Below, in pieces: positions 27,019 to 36,771 of a DNA stretch of 58,665 nucleotides. The number at the start of each line of letters is the position of its first letter. The stretch's first letter is position 1. Origin of the DNA: a virus (taxonomy: Duplodnaviria > Caudoviricetes). The stretch spans positions 1 through 58,665 of IMG/VR virus record IMGVR_UViG_3300032242_001675, one strand, 5' to 3'. The notes beneath the pieces were generated by a model that saw only the letters and a list, made by a program, of their open reading frames with translations, was not told where the DNA came from and searched no databases. Both the position numbers and the translations under genes were made by a program.

Positions 27019-30000
27019 TTACATTACCATCCCTAAATAATACGCAATCTTGGCCACTGAAGTTGCGGCACCCGAAGGACCAAACGGGATGTTTAAATCG
27101 CTTCCCGTGAAAGTGAAAGTTGAAGATGCACCCAGCGCACCGCTGTTATTATATTGGACTTGCGTGTTAGAACCAGCGGCTGTACCCACTGCCGTAGTGG
27201 TAAATGCGATAAATGTCAGTATGTCACCTGCGTTCGCCGCAGTAGCCAAGACCACCGTTGTGCCAGTGCTTGCCGTGTAATCGACCGCCTCTAAAAGAAC
27301 ACCGTTCAGATACACTTGAATGTACGGTGCGGTATAGCTTACGGTAAACGTCGTTTGCGCGGCAGTAGCGGTTTGCGTAGTTCTTGTGTACGCATTGGTA
27401 GCCCCGCTAGAAACCGTTGTCCAAGTAGGAGGTGCAGATGATCCTGCTGTGGTGAGAACCTGCCCGCTCGTGCCGTAAGAGCCGTTAACTGCAATAGCGC
27501 CTGAAGAATTGACTGTGACCGCATCCGTTGCAGAACTGTTAACCACAAAGTGAATTGAATTCGCCGTCGTTGTACCGATCGCTAAATCGGTACTTGTTGA
27601 GGTCAAATATACGTTGTTTGCACCATTTAACGACCCAGTACCACTAAATGCACTGGAGTTCATCCCATAGTCGCCGTAATACGTCGATGCCGTACCCAAG
27701 TTGTTACTGACAACAAAGTCGGTCGAGGCAGATGTTCCGTTGCTTGTATTCTGTAAAATTATCTGACTGTACGAGTTAACAGCCGACGTATACGATGCGA
27801 AAATATTTGTATCAGAATAAGACAACGTACCGTAGTTAAAAGCACCAGAGGCAGCCGCACCCGTTATGGTTGCAGTCGCGGCATAGTATGGCGAAGAAAG
27901 TATATTATTGGTTGAGTTGTAGTTAAACCCAGAATACGATGCTAATGCGCCTGTGCCATTACCGTAAGGAATATATCCAGCGGTAAGCGATGTTAAGCCT
28001 GTACCGCCGTTACTAACCACCAACGTGCCACCAAGCGTAATTGCGCCTGTGGTAGCCGTTGCAGGTGTTAATCCCGTTGTGCCGGCAGAGAAAGTTGTGA
28101 CACCCCCTGCCGAGCCACTAGAAGCCGCTGTGATGCGCCCTTGAGCATCAACCGTGATATTGGTATTGGTGTACGAGCCAGCCGTTACAGTCGTGTTTGC
28201 CAACGCTATCGTGACCCCAGCGGAGCCGTTATAACTTGTGCCTGATAATCCGGTACTAATCGTCAATGCATTTAGATTTGAACCGAGCGACACACCGGAA
28301 ATCGTTGAATTGGCAAGCCCAGCGTTCGGGATGGTCAACGACGCGGTAGCGTTGCCCGAACCGTTGGCGTACATGTAGCCCGTCAGCCCCGTCACCGCTA
28401 AGTTGGTGGTGGTCAGGTTGGTGAACGACTCGGAGGATGAGCCGGGGACTTTCTCCCAGACCCCGCCCGTAAAGATCGCCCAATCCCCGACGTTCCAGCC
28501 GCTAACGCCGTTCAGTGTCGTGTTGCCAGCAACAGATACCACATAATAGTAGCTCTGGGTGCCTACCGAAGAAGTAAGCGTCGGCGTATTCGTCGATGCG
28601 TTCCATGTGCCTTGGTAGGTCGGTGCATTGATCGGCTGTGTGCTGACAGAGGTCAACTGTCCCTGCGCGTTCACCGTAATAACGGGAATGACGGAAGACG
28701 AACCGTAAGTATTCGCCGACACGCCTGTGTTGGAGATAGCGATGGTGACGGGTGACGAGCCATTAAAGCTCGTACCTGACAAACCTGTGCCAATCGTTAG
28801 CGCGTTTGTTGTACTGGCCGTGACCGTAGTCGACCCGCCTAAACTCACCGCGTTGCCGTTAATCGTAATCGAAGAGTTAGCCAGCTGTGCGTTGGTGACG
28901 GTGCCGGACAGCGCCGTGGTAGGTACGGTCAGGGATGCGGTCATTGCGCCCGTACCATTACCGTAAACGTAACCCGTGAGCGTCGCCGCCCCTGTGCCAC
29001 CGTTCGCTACGTTAAGGATACCCGCGAGCGTCACCGCTCCCGTCGTCGCCGTTGAAGGGGTAAAGCCAGTCGTACCCGCGGAGAATGAAGTCACACCGCC
29101 CGTGGAGTTTGCCCATGCCGGAACGCCGCCCACCACCGTCAGCACCTGATTGGTGGAACCGATTGGTAGGCGCGCGGCGACTCCCGCCGACTGCTCATAA
29201 ACCAAGTCACCCGTGGTCGTTAAGGGTGTAATCGCATTGTAGGCACCCGCGGCAGTAGTAGCTCCTGTACCGCCTGAAGCCACCCCGAGCGTGCCTGCGA
29301 GCGTTACTGCGCCCGTTGTACTAGAGCTCGGAGTCAACCCAGACAATGAAGTCTGAAAGGAACTCACGCCCGCGGCAGTAGCACTAGTCGGGAACGATTG
29401 CCAAGTGCCGCTAGCAAACCCCTCGAACAGGTTCGTAGTGGTGTTAAAACGGATCTCTCCGCTCGTTCCTGCGTCCCGCTGAGCTGTGGTACCCGAAGGC
29501 AAGAGCATTGAGGCGGTGCCGGGGATAACGGGGTTTGAAGCCAACCCGATAGTAGGCGTGCCCGCTCCGTTACCGTTGGTAATAGAAATTTGGCTACTGA
29601 CCCCAGTAATGGTCACGGGGCTGAGCGTGGTGCCGTTTAATGCCAAAAGACCGATACCCGACGCATTGGCGAGCGCAAGTGGCAATCCGGTGAGTGTAAA
29701 CGTGGGGTTGCCCGCCACACCGCTACCGTTGGTGACCGAAAGCCCGTTACCGCTAGTGGAGAGCGTCACCGCGCCGATCGTGTTGGCGGCGGTCTTGGCG
29801 ACAATACCGTACCCAGCGGTTTCTAACGACCCGCTCGTGCCGTTCAGCTGTATGGTGTAAGCGCCCTGCGCCCCGCCATCGGTGATGCCGATGCCCACAC
29901 CCGTTGAAAAATACCGACTGTTCGGTAATCCCGTTTGCTGACCGACTGTTAAAAATGTTTGAGTGAGCGAAGGGCTCTGGGTAATAGCGGAAACAGTCGT

Positions 30001-30093
30001 CTGCACCGTCAGTCCGTTCTGGACGACAGGTACCAGCTCAGAGCCAGTTATGGTCTGAGCGGTGGGCAGGGAGCTGATACGTATATTAGCCAT
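27019..30093 (-). CDS. Main tail fibre protein with internal repeats
   Basis: MANIRISSLP N-terminus; 3x GV(S/T)(S/T)F....G.TP...TTGA(V/I)TL.G.L.V..GGTG; 2x NALTI.TGLSGTS.NGS..VTIA; LPSGTTAQR module. Confidence 0.8.
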   Translation of the reverse strand: MANIRISSLPTAQTITGSELVPVVQNGLTVQTTVSAITQSPSLTQTFLTVGQQTGLPNSRYFSTGVGIGITDGGAQGAYTIQLNGTSGSLETAGYGIVAKTAANTIGAVTLSTSGNGLSVTNGSGVAGNPTFTLTGLPLALANASGIGLLALNGTTLSPVTITGVSSQISITNGNGAGTPTIGLASNPVIPGTASMLLPSGTTAQRDAGTSGEIRFNTTTNLFEGFASGTWQSFPTSATAAGVSSFQTSLSGLTPSSSTTGAVTLAGTLGVASGGTGATTAAGAYNAITPLTTTGDLVYEQSAGVAARLPIGSTNQVLTVVGGVPAWANSTGGVTSFSAGTTGFTPSTATTGAVTLAGILNVANGGTGAATLTGYVYGNGTGAMTASLTVPTTALSGTVTNAQLANSSITINGNAVSLGGSTTVTASTTNALTIGTGLSGTSFNGSSPVTIAISNTGVSANTYGSSSVIPVITVNAQGQLTSVSTQPINAPTYQGTWNASTNTPTLTSSVGTQSYYYVVSVAGNTTLNGVSGWNVGDWAIFTGGVWEKVPGSSSESFTNLTTTNLAVTGLTGYMYANGSGNATASLTIPNAGLANSTISGVSLGSNLNALTISTGLSGTSYNGSAGVTIALANTTVTAGSYTNTNITVDAQGRITAASSGSAGGVTTFSAGTTGLTPATATTGAITLGGTLVVSNGGTGLTSLTAGYIPYGNGTGALASYSGFNYNSTNNILSSPYYAATATITGAAASGAFNYGTLSYSDTNIFASYTSAVNSYSQIILQNTSNGTSASTDFVVSNNLGTASTYYGDYGMNSSAFSGTGSLNGANNVYLTSTSTDLAIGTTTANSIHFVVNSSATDAVTVNSSGAIAVNGSYGTSGQVLTTAGSSAPPTWTTVSSGATNAYTRTTQTATAAQTTFTVSYTAPYIQVYLNGVLLEAVDYTASTGTTVVLATAANAGDILTFIAFTTTAVGTAAGSNTQVQYNNSGALGASSTFTFTGSDLNIPFGPSGAATSVAKIAYYLGMVM

Positions 30094-30099
30094 GAGGGT

Positions 30100-30471
30100 C
30101 TAGGGTGATAAGTTGTCAAGGTTGCCGTCAAGATCGTCCTGAGCCGTTTCGGGCGCAATCCCGAACTCGCCCTCAGTGGTATGCTGGGGTGTTTGGTTCG
30201 GGTCAAGCGCCACGTTCGGGTCAGTCGTCAAAGCATCATCCTGTTGAGAAACATCCGCATCGGGTCTAGGGAATCGAATTGTAATCTTTTCAGGTTGCCT
30301 TGCCGGCAATCTATAGGGGTCCCACTGGTCACTGCAACTTTCACTACAGACCTTAATCGCGGGGATATTCCCGTCGGGTCTCATATCGCTATACGGTCTC
30401 TTCATATGGCAACGGTCGCATATGAATACGCTCAGTGTGCTGTTGCCCGTGGTGTCAAGAAACCTAGACAT
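30100..30471 (-). CDS. Cys-rich (Zn-ribbon-like) virion-module protein
   Basis: ICDRC...VCSESCSD.WDP...FPRPD. Confidence 0.65.
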   Translation of the reverse strand: MSRFLDTTGNSTLSVFICDRCHMKRPYSDMRPDGNIPAIKVCSESCSDQWDPYRLPARQPEKITIRFPRPDADVSQQDDALTTDPNVALDPNQTPQHTTEGEFGIAPETAQDDLDGNLDNLSP

Positions 30472-30484
30472 AATTTTAACTCAT

Positions 30485-31543
30485 TTACCGCGTGTAATAA
30501 GAAATATTTGGCGCAAACATGATCGGAGACTTGTCTCGGTTTTCCTCTTGCGCCATGTGGTAGTGTTTTTCCCACTGCGCCTCGCAGTACGCAATCCGCG
30601 CGGGGTCAACCTGAGGTAACTCGCACGCCATCTGGTGCGCCAAGCCCCACTGAATCGCCATGTAAAAGTATTGCGGTATCTCCAGCTGGCCGCTCAAATC
30701 GCCCACGTCCTGAATGTAGCGACTCAGCCAGAGCTCGATCTGCGGGCTGATGTTGTTCGGCACAGGCCAGACCTGCATGTTCGGTTGTGAAATCGTACGG
30801 TTTAACCAGTATTGCAACGGGCGCAATGCGGTGAACGAGCGGTTGGGCAGGTTGGAGTAATCGTCACGGTTCATGCGCGCCATGGGGATAGCGATCGGCA
30901 TCGTGCCGAACACCACCTGATAAAACCCCATGCTCACTCCCGACACCTGCTGTATGCGCCAAAAACCCGCTGTAGCCGAGGGGTCTAAGTCGTAATAAAT
31001 CCAAGTGCCCGCAACCCAGCTCACCGCTCCGGGCGCCTCAACCGTCACCCAAGTCGTGTTGTCATACGAATACTGCAGGTTCACCGTCACCGAACCCGTC
31101 ACGGCGGGTAAGATGCCGATCGTGCTGATATAAACAGGGCTCGAGGAGGACGGAGCGATACCGATCGCCCCCGTGTTTGTTGTCAGTTGGCAGATATTCG
31201 TACCCTCTCCGTCAAACGCATTGCTCGTCACGCCGGAGGTACTGTAGTAGTTCGTGCTGACGTTTGTCAGCGTGCGGTAGTTGGCGTTTAAAACGTCAAT
31301 GGTGCCGACCGGTAGGTAGTATTCGTACTGGTCGGGCGTCAACCCCAGCACGACTTTGTTAATCGCCCAGTAGTTAATGCCCATGTTTGCGGTGCTCGAG
31401 AGCAGGTAGTACAGGCTGTCTTTAGCGGACTGAACCTGCTCGACCGTTAACTCCTCGGCGAGCTTACCCGCGCGTCTTGCGCCGTGGTCGATGAGCTGCT
31501 GTACCGAGATCGTCGTCGTGCTGACCGTTCCGCTTGTTGACAT
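30485..31543 (-). CDS. Head-tail connector / tail tubular protein with inserted beta domain
   Basis: MSTSGTVS, A.DSLYYLLS..AN.GINYW, RDDYSNLPN, RP.QYW..R, WPVP, LEIPQYFY.AI.WGLA. Confidence 0.65.
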   Translation of the reverse strand: MSTSGTVSTTTISVQQLIDHGARRAGKLAEELTVEQVQSAKDSLYYLLSSTANMGINYWAINKVVLGLTPDQYEYYLPVGTIDVLNANYRTLTNVSTNYYSTSGVTSNAFDGEGTNICQLTTNTGAIGIAPSSSSPVYISTIGILPAVTGSVTVNLQYSYDNTTWVTVEAPGAVSWVAGTWIYYDLDPSATAGFWRIQQVSGVSMGFYQVVFGTMPIAIPMARMNRDDYSNLPNRSFTALRPLQYWLNRTISQPNMQVWPVPNNISPQIELWLSRYIQDVGDLSGQLEIPQYFYMAIQWGLAHQMACELPQVDPARIAYCEAQWEKHYHMAQEENRDKSPIMFAPNISYYTR

Positions 31544-31930
31544 CTACCACCCCGGGCATTTCCAGCGTTTTAACGAGGCTTTTGCGCGAGGCGCATCGCC
31601 GCTTGCGTGCTTGACTACACCGCTCATCCGAGCGCAAAACGATTTCTTACGAGGTCCGCCCTCGGGCTGTGGAGCTTTAAGGTGGCTCCCCGTTGCCGAG
31701 TTATACTTCTCTCGTCCTTTCTGGGTTAACCCAGCGCCCTGTTTAGTAGGGAGTTTTTCTCCCTTCTTAACGGAAAGAGAAACATCACCGCCATCTTTAA
31801 ACTTTTTACCCGTGTCGGCCTGAGCAAAGTCTTTACCCACCTTCTGGGGAATGCCCACTTTCTTGGCAAACGCCTTGGAGTGGGCAACGCCCTCCATCAA
31901 CCGGTGCTGGGCGGGAGACTTGCTAGGCAT
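31544..31930 (-). CDS. Basic virion-module protein with FKDGG motif
   Basis: MPSKSPAQHRLM..VAH..FAKKVGIPQ.VGKDF; GLTQKGR.KYN..TGS.LK; RKKSFCARM...SLKRWKC. Confidence 0.7.
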   Translation of the reverse strand: MPSKSPAQHRLMEGVAHSKAFAKKVGIPQKVGKDFAQADTGKKFKDGGDVSLSVKKGEKLPTKQGAGLTQKGREKYNSATGSHLKAPQPEGGPRKKSFCARMSGVVKHASGDAPRAKASLKRWKCPGW

Positions 31931-31932
31931 GA

Positions 31933-32712
31933 TTAAGTGCCTGACCCAGTTACGTTGTTGTTGTTTTGAATTAGTTTGCCCGTAATAATCACACCCGCCG
32001 CAATAGTTCCTGTACTAGTAGACAATTGCCATTGGATGTCGGTTTTTTCGGTGTACAAAAACGGGTCTGCCGAGCGCGATGCCGTATAAATTGAAACAAA
32101 CGGCTGTTGCAGTACGTTTAGCTTCACGCCTGTCACGTTATTGATCGCCTGCACTTTATAAGTGATAATCGTGCTACCGGTGTAGCTGTTTGAAGTGTTA
32201 ACTTCAGCCAAGTCCAAGAAAAAGCTATAACCCGCAGGGACGGTATAAACTGTGCTTTGTGACTTACCCACGCCCGCATTTATTTGCGCCAAAATATTGG
32301 AAGATTGTTTCAGCGTAATTGTGCCGACGTTCGTGGTTTGGCTAGTACCCGTTGACGTCATCAGCAAGCTGTTTATACGGAAGTAAGAGTTAACAGTCGT
32401 CACACCTGTTAAACCGTTCATTGCTAGCGTCTCAGAAATTGGGTTATAGCTTGCGTCCAATCCGCTGATTAAAATTTTTGCAGACGTATCATCCGATGCC
32501 GACGTACTCACCAGCGTTAAAGTGCTCGCTGATGTCGGATAAACGTAGGCCGTTGCATTTTCCCAAATAGGAATCGGGGTTGTCGTCACGGACGCTTGGT
32601 AACCAAATAAACTCACGACGCTGTGACCCGCAATTTGACCGCGAGACACTTGCAAATCAAACGGCTCGTAAGCCCCACCACGGGTTACTGACGCAACAAT
32701 GTTATTGCTCAT
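31933..32712 (-). CDS. Putative virion structural protein
   Basis: FDLQVSRGQIAGH, STSASD, YTVPAGY, EKTDI; AAGGA RBS. Confidence 0.65.
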   Translation of the reverse strand: MSNNIVASVTRGGAYEPFDLQVSRGQIAGHSVVSLFGYQASVTTTPIPIWENATAYVYPTSASTLTLVSTSASDDTSAKILISGLDASYNPISETLAMNGLTGVTTVNSYFRINSLLMTSTGTSQTTNVGTITLKQSSNILAQINAGVGKSQSTVYTVPAGYSFFLDLAEVNTSNSYTGSTIITYKVQAINNVTGVKLNVLQQPFVSIYTASRSADPFLYTEKTDIQWQLSTSTGTIAAGVIITGKLIQNNNNVTGSGT

Positions 32713-32723
32713 AATCTATCCTT

Positions 32724-32751
32724 AAAGGTGGGGGTGGCCTGCGCCGCCCCC
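32724..32751 (-). terminator. Possible intrinsic terminator after 32759-33484
   Basis: Minus strand GGGGGCGGC-GCAG-GCCACCCCC followed by a short U tract. Confidence 0.4.
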
Positions 32752-32758
32752 GTTCCTA

Positions 32759-33484
32759 TTAGTAGTTGCACTTACCGCCGTGTTTCTTGTGGCTGACGTG
32801 TCCACCTTTCTTCATTGGATGGCTGTCAATCTTGTCATGACCTGCCGAGAACTTACCGGCTAGTTCATGCATACGCATATGACCGCCTTCAGCCTTGTGC
32901 GTGACGTGACCGCCTTTTTTATAACCCGCGGGGTCTTGTTTAATTGAACCCGTACCCGCTTTTTTCGTAGGCATCTTAGGACCACCATGCATTTCGGTGT
33001 TCTCATAAGACTTAACCGAGCCGCCCTTGGCGTAGCCTTTGCCCTCAACGCCGCTAGTTTTAGAGGAAATTGATTTGCGCATCTTAGCACCGACGACTTT
33101 GGTTTTAGCCTCAGAAGCTACTGTCTCGCGCCCAATCTTTCCGCCTTCGGCTTTGTGGAGCTTGCCGCCGTGTTTGTAGCCCGGACCCTCAATTGAACCA
33201 CTCCCCCGTTTTGCGTCAGGGCGGGTTGCCTCAAGCCCCCCGAGTAGCCCGCCGAGGGTTGGTTTAGCGATACCGCCTTTCCTCAGCCCGTGGTGCGCTT
33301 TAGAGGCTTTTTCGTGTTCGTGATGCTTGAGCTCTTTCTTAATGCCCTTGATCTCACGCTCTTCTTTTGCCACTTTACCGCCTAGAGCCATGTGCTTTTT
33401 ATGCTCATGGCCGCCACTTTTCATTCTGACCTCATCCGCCGAAGGCTCGGTGGTTTTCATCTTTGGTTCGCGTTTGAAACTCAT
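32759..33484 (-). CDS. Lys/Gly/His-rich protein with about 10 xxxGG motifs
   Basis: MKSGG, MALGG, LRKGG, YKHGG, KAEGG (x2), YAKGG, YKKGG, MKKGG, KKHGG. Confidence 0.75.
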   Translation of the reverse strand: MSFKREPKMKTTEPSADEVRMKSGGHEHKKHMALGGKVAKEEREIKGIKKELKHHEHEKASKAHHGLRKGGIAKPTLGGLLGGLEATRPDAKRGSGSIEGPGYKHGGKLHKAEGGKIGRETVASEAKTKVVGAKMRKSISSKTSGVEGKGYAKGGSVKSYENTEMHGGPKMPTKKAGTGSIKQDPAGYKKGGHVTHKAEGGHMRMHELAGKFSAGHDKIDSHPMKKGGHVSHKKHGGKCNY

Positions 33485-33497
33485 GATCTACACCCCT

Positions 33498-34478
33498 TTA
33501 GGCTTGTGTGACGCCGAGAGCGCCAAGACGGGTTGCGTTAGGACCCGATGCGATACCGGAAACAAAAATGCCAACCACAAGACGTTTAGTTCCGTCAGCC
33601 GCCGAGGACGGTGTGAGCGTACCGCGCACGTCGCCCGTTGAGCTCGTGGCAGGGTTTGTTTGGTCAGCGACCACGGTCGTAGAGGCGTCTTCTGCGAGGG
33701 TGTTGTTCCAGCCCACGTTGTCAAGGTAGCCGCGGTCAATAAACCTAATTGGGCAACCCAGAACATCCGAAGTACCAATCGAGACAGTACCACCGACAGC
33801 ACCCGAGACGGTAGCTGAGCTGACTTGGTAAAACGCTTTTTTACCGTTGATTGTGGTTGACTGCGTGGTGCCGGTGGCAATGACCTCAGACATCGACTGA
33901 CCGTAGTAGTCAAAGCCGGAAATTGTCACGTTGCGGCTGGTGATCGTACCCGTGCCGATCGTGATGCTGATAGCGCGTGGGCAATCGAGTTGCACGACCG
34001 AGGTACCATCAGCGCGAACGACCGATTTGGTGTTGCCGGTTGCGGCTAATGTTGCAGAGCTTGCGGCTGCGTAAGTCGCGGCGGCAGAGACGTTAGAGGT
34101 AGATTTAGCTTCAGGCACAACGTCCCAAACGTAAATACGACCGAGCGGACCAACGCCTAAGTCCATATTAGTTGGGTCAAAAATTGCGCTATTGCCCGAG
34201 GCGGTAATCGTCGCGCTGGCTGCGGTTTGCGAGTTGGCGACCGTATAAGTCCCTATCCCGCCAGAGCCCGTGCCGAACGCTGTAATGTAAGTCGGGGTTG
34301 CGATGTTTGAGCCCGCAACCCATTGACCAACTTGAATCGGGTCACCAGAAAGCAAAGCGGTGACGGTCAACGTGGTTGTAGAGATAGAACCGGTGAAAAC
34401 CGATTGAACAGGATTGTAGCCAGTACCCATAAAGGTCTGAGCTGTACCTAAATATATATCGTCGCTAAATTGTGGCAT
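33498..34478 (-). CDS. Putative capsid-associated structural protein
   Basis: Immediately after the MCP; AGGAG RBS; GKKAFYQV, TGDVRGT. Confidence 0.65.
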   Translation of the reverse strand: MPQFSDDIYLGTAQTFMGTGYNPVQSVFTGSISTTTLTVTALLSGDPIQVGQWVAGSNIATPTYITAFGTGSGGIGTYTVANSQTAASATITASGNSAIFDPTNMDLGVGPLGRIYVWDVVPEAKSTSNVSAAATYAAASSATLAATGNTKSVVRADGTSVVQLDCPRAISITIGTGTITSRNVTISGFDYYGQSMSEVIATGTTQSTTINGKKAFYQVSSATVSGAVGGTVSIGTSDVLGCPIRFIDRGYLDNVGWNNTLAEDASTTVVADQTNPATSSTGDVRGTLTPSSAADGTKRLVVGIFVSGIASGPNATRLGALGVTQA

Positions 34479-34516
34479 TTTAAAACTCCTGTGGCTTGAA
34501 CCACTCGGGGTTAATC

Positions 34517-34541
34517 AAAAAAGGGTGGGTCACCCCACCCT
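34517..34541 (-). terminator. Intrinsic terminator downstream of the major capsid gene
   Basis: Minus strand AGGGTGGG-GTGA-CCCACCCT-TTTTT, about 15 nt after the MCP stop. Confidence 0.8.
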
Positions 34542-34555
34542 CCGGTCTAACTCGC

Positions 34556-35470
34556 TTAAACGCCCGGTGTGCCGTACATCGCACGCGGGTCAGTCCACGA
34601 CGGTATATAACGCTCGGTTGCTTTGTAGCGCATGGAGTCGGTTTCAAAGTCGCCTTCCATGGTCTTCTCAAGCGCCCGACGCATTAAGAGCTTCATACCC
34701 TCTGGTGCATCGGTCTGAACCCACCAGTTCGTGGCTGAGGTCAGACGGCTGATAACGCTAGCACCCTCAGGCAACAACCCGATTGACTTAACGGGGTTGA
34801 TGTCGTTGTTAGCGGTGCCAGTGCGCAGAACCGATTTCAGCAGGACTTCGGCTTGGAACACGTTGCCGGGGGCAACGACCAGCTTCAGCGGCTGAAGGCG
34901 GATCTTCTTACCGTTGTTGTCCACGGCTTGGCGAACCTGAATCAGCATCTGCTCGAGCGAGGTCTGCGACAGGTTGGCGGAGGTGGCCAATTGGTTGGAG
35001 AACGTACCGTTCACGATTGGGTGCGCGGTGTTGGTGAGCGAGACGCCGTCGCCGCCTGTGTAGCTGCTGTTGAACGCGCGGTTCAAGATGTTAGCGCACA
35101 GGAGCTCTTTAGTCTCAACCAACGACTGCGCCAAGTGCTTGGCGTAGACCTGACCGATACGGATGTGGTCGCCGTCCTCGACCAACACTTTCGTTAACGC
35201 AAATGCCAAACCGAACACTTGGTAAACGTAGCGCTGGAGGAACAGCACGCCGCCCTGCTGGTACGAGACGGGCGAACCGTCAGGTAGCTGGGGAGCCGCG
35301 CCAAAGCCGTACAGGACGGGTTCTTCGTGGTAGTTACGGGGGATGCCCATTTGTTCGCGGAAAACGGTAGACCATTCATCCGCACGTTGGTCATAGACGC
35401 CGTCAAAACACTCGTTGAGGATTGGCTCAACGATTGAGCGGAAGTCCGTACTTCTCATTGGAGCTGCCAT
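34556..35470 (-). CDS. Major capsid protein
   Basis: 304 aa after scaffold and decoration genes, followed by a terminator; LYGFGAAP, GGDGVSL....HP, GDFETDSMRYKATERY..SWTDPR..YG. Confidence 0.85.
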   Translation of the reverse strand: MAAPMRSTDFRSIVEPILNECFDGVYDQRADEWSTVFREQMGIPRNYHEEPVLYGFGAAPQLPDGSPVSYQQGGVLFLQRYVYQVFGLAFALTKVLVEDGDHIRIGQVYAKHLAQSLVETKELLCANILNRAFNSSYTGGDGVSLTNTAHPIVNGTFSNQLATSANLSQTSLEQMLIQVRQAVDNNGKKIRLQPLKLVVAPGNVFQAEVLLKSVLRTGTANNDINPVKSIGLLPEGASVISRLTSATNWWVQTDAPEGMKLLMRRALEKTMEGDFETDSMRYKATERYIPSWTDPRAMYGTPGV

Positions 35471-35483
35471 TTGTCATCTCCCC

Positions 35484-36065
35484 TTAAATAGCGTTAACGG
35501 TTGAAATAAACTGTGGCTTGCTGATCTGCACGCGAACGATCACGTACGAGTCACCCCAGTTGTTATCAACTTGTGGACCGATATCAACGATGCGGAACTG
35601 ACCCGACGAACCCGAACCCACCAGAGTGGATGAAAGGGTCATCTGCGAGAGTCCTGTGGTCGTAGAACCAGCGGTGAAGTTTGACAGGTTGGCTTCGTTA
35701 CCGATTGCGGTTTGCGCCATCGTGCCGTCGGTCTGGATTTCATACACGATCTGCTGATCGTTGTAGAAATAAGCAATAATCGCAGTGCCGGTCGTGCCCG
35801 CAGGCCAATAATTCGACACGCGACGACGACCCGTCGTGTCAGTCCACTCGACGCCCTGAAATGAGCCCGAAACGAGACCGCTGTTGGTGGTGGTGTCAAC
35901 TACCGGCACAATAACGCCAGCGTTGGGTGAATACTGAACGGCTTGACCCTTCAAAATGTTTGAAGAATAGCCGGAGGTGATGCCGTTAGCGAGCGCCTGA
36001 GCACGTTCCAACCCTGTTGGGAAAAATGCTGGACGCAGACCAAAGGGCGCAGAGGTTGCACTCAT
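35484..36065 (-). CDS. Capsid decoration/minor head protein
   Basis: SAPFGLRP N-terminus, GSFQGVEWTD, YEIQ; directly upstream of the MCP. Confidence 0.6.
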   Translation of the reverse strand: MSATSAPFGLRPAFFPTGLERAQALANGITSGYSSNILKGQAVQYSPNAGVIVPVVDTTTNSGLVSGSFQGVEWTDTTGRRRVSNYWPAGTTGTAIIAYFYNDQQIVYEIQTDGTMAQTAIGNEANLSNFTAGSTTTGLSQMTLSSTLVGSGSSGQFRIVDIGPQVDNNWGDSYVIVRVQISKPQFISTVNAI

Positions 36066-36210
36066 AGGATGCTCCTAAAAATCGGGTTAAATGAAAATTT
36101 TGGTTTCGGCTTTCTTCAAAGCGTCAGGCAAAATCACCAAACCTCGTGATTTTTAAGAACTTAATCTGTAAAACCGACCCGTTTTATGCAAAACGGGCGG
36201 GTTTTTCTAA

Positions 36211-36239
36211 ATTTTAATCAATAAAAACAAAAAAGTAAA
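36211..36239 (-). promoter_or_regulatory. Putative promoter TTTACT-N17-TAAAAT for the capsid operon
   Basis: Minus strand -35 at 36239-36234, -10 at 36216-36211, in an AT-rich intergenic gap. Confidence 0.5.
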
Positions 36240-36243
36240 TGGT

Positions 36244-36771
36244 TTAGTAAAAATCGGGCACCGGAGTACCACTTTCATCAGGAATTCCACCCTCAATGCT
36301 AGCGAGTTGGCGACCTTTCACGCGGCTTTGCTCCACCAACTGCTCCTGCTGGATCTTAATCTTCTCAGATTCATCCATCGGTAGCCAGTGGTGGTTCTCG
36401 GCCATGATGTCTTGGTAGATGTCCATCGGCATCTTACACAGCAACATCTCGTTGCACATGATTTTGCCTGTGTTTTCACCGTCTTTCACTTTGTACGTCT
36501 CGTAGCCCGGCATCTCGGAGGCCTCGACGGGCATGTAGCCCATCTGGAACCGGCGGTGGAGCGGGTCGTACTGGTTGTTAGACGCCAACCAGCACAGGTG
36601 AAAGCCGGGAATATCGGGCATATTCGGCAGGATCTGCTGCGTGAACTCGCTACGGCTACGGCGGCGCTCCTTAGTCAGGGGGAAGTTCTCCTCAGGGGAG
36701 ACGCGGTTAGGGTTTTGGGCGTTGCGCCCTTCGCGGTTTGCACCGGGGTTCTTTTTCAGACGATCATCCAT
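36244..36771 (-). CDS. Conserved head-module hypothetical protein
   Basis: LP.MPDIPGFHLCWL, GY.PV, EMLLCKMP; between scaffold and capsid genes. Confidence 0.7.
   Translation of the reverse strand: MDDRLKKNPGANREGRNAQNPNRVSPEENFPLTKERRRSRSEFTQQILPNMPDIPGFHLCWLASNNQYDPLHRRFQMGYMPVEASEMPGYETYKVKDGENTGKIMCNEMLLCKMPMDIYQDIMAENHHWLPMDESEKIKIQQEQLVEQSRVKGRQLASIEGGIPDESGTPVPDFY

Noticed and set aside
30473-30479. TTAAAAT as a late-promoter -10 box for 30100-30471
   Set aside because: It lies 1 nt from the start codon, too close to serve that gene; similar heptamers at 19206 and 38943 lack a clear -35
33488-33913. Same-strand alternative-frame ORF suggesting a programmed frameshift
   Set aside because: No clear slippery site seen and the translation looks like off-frame sequence
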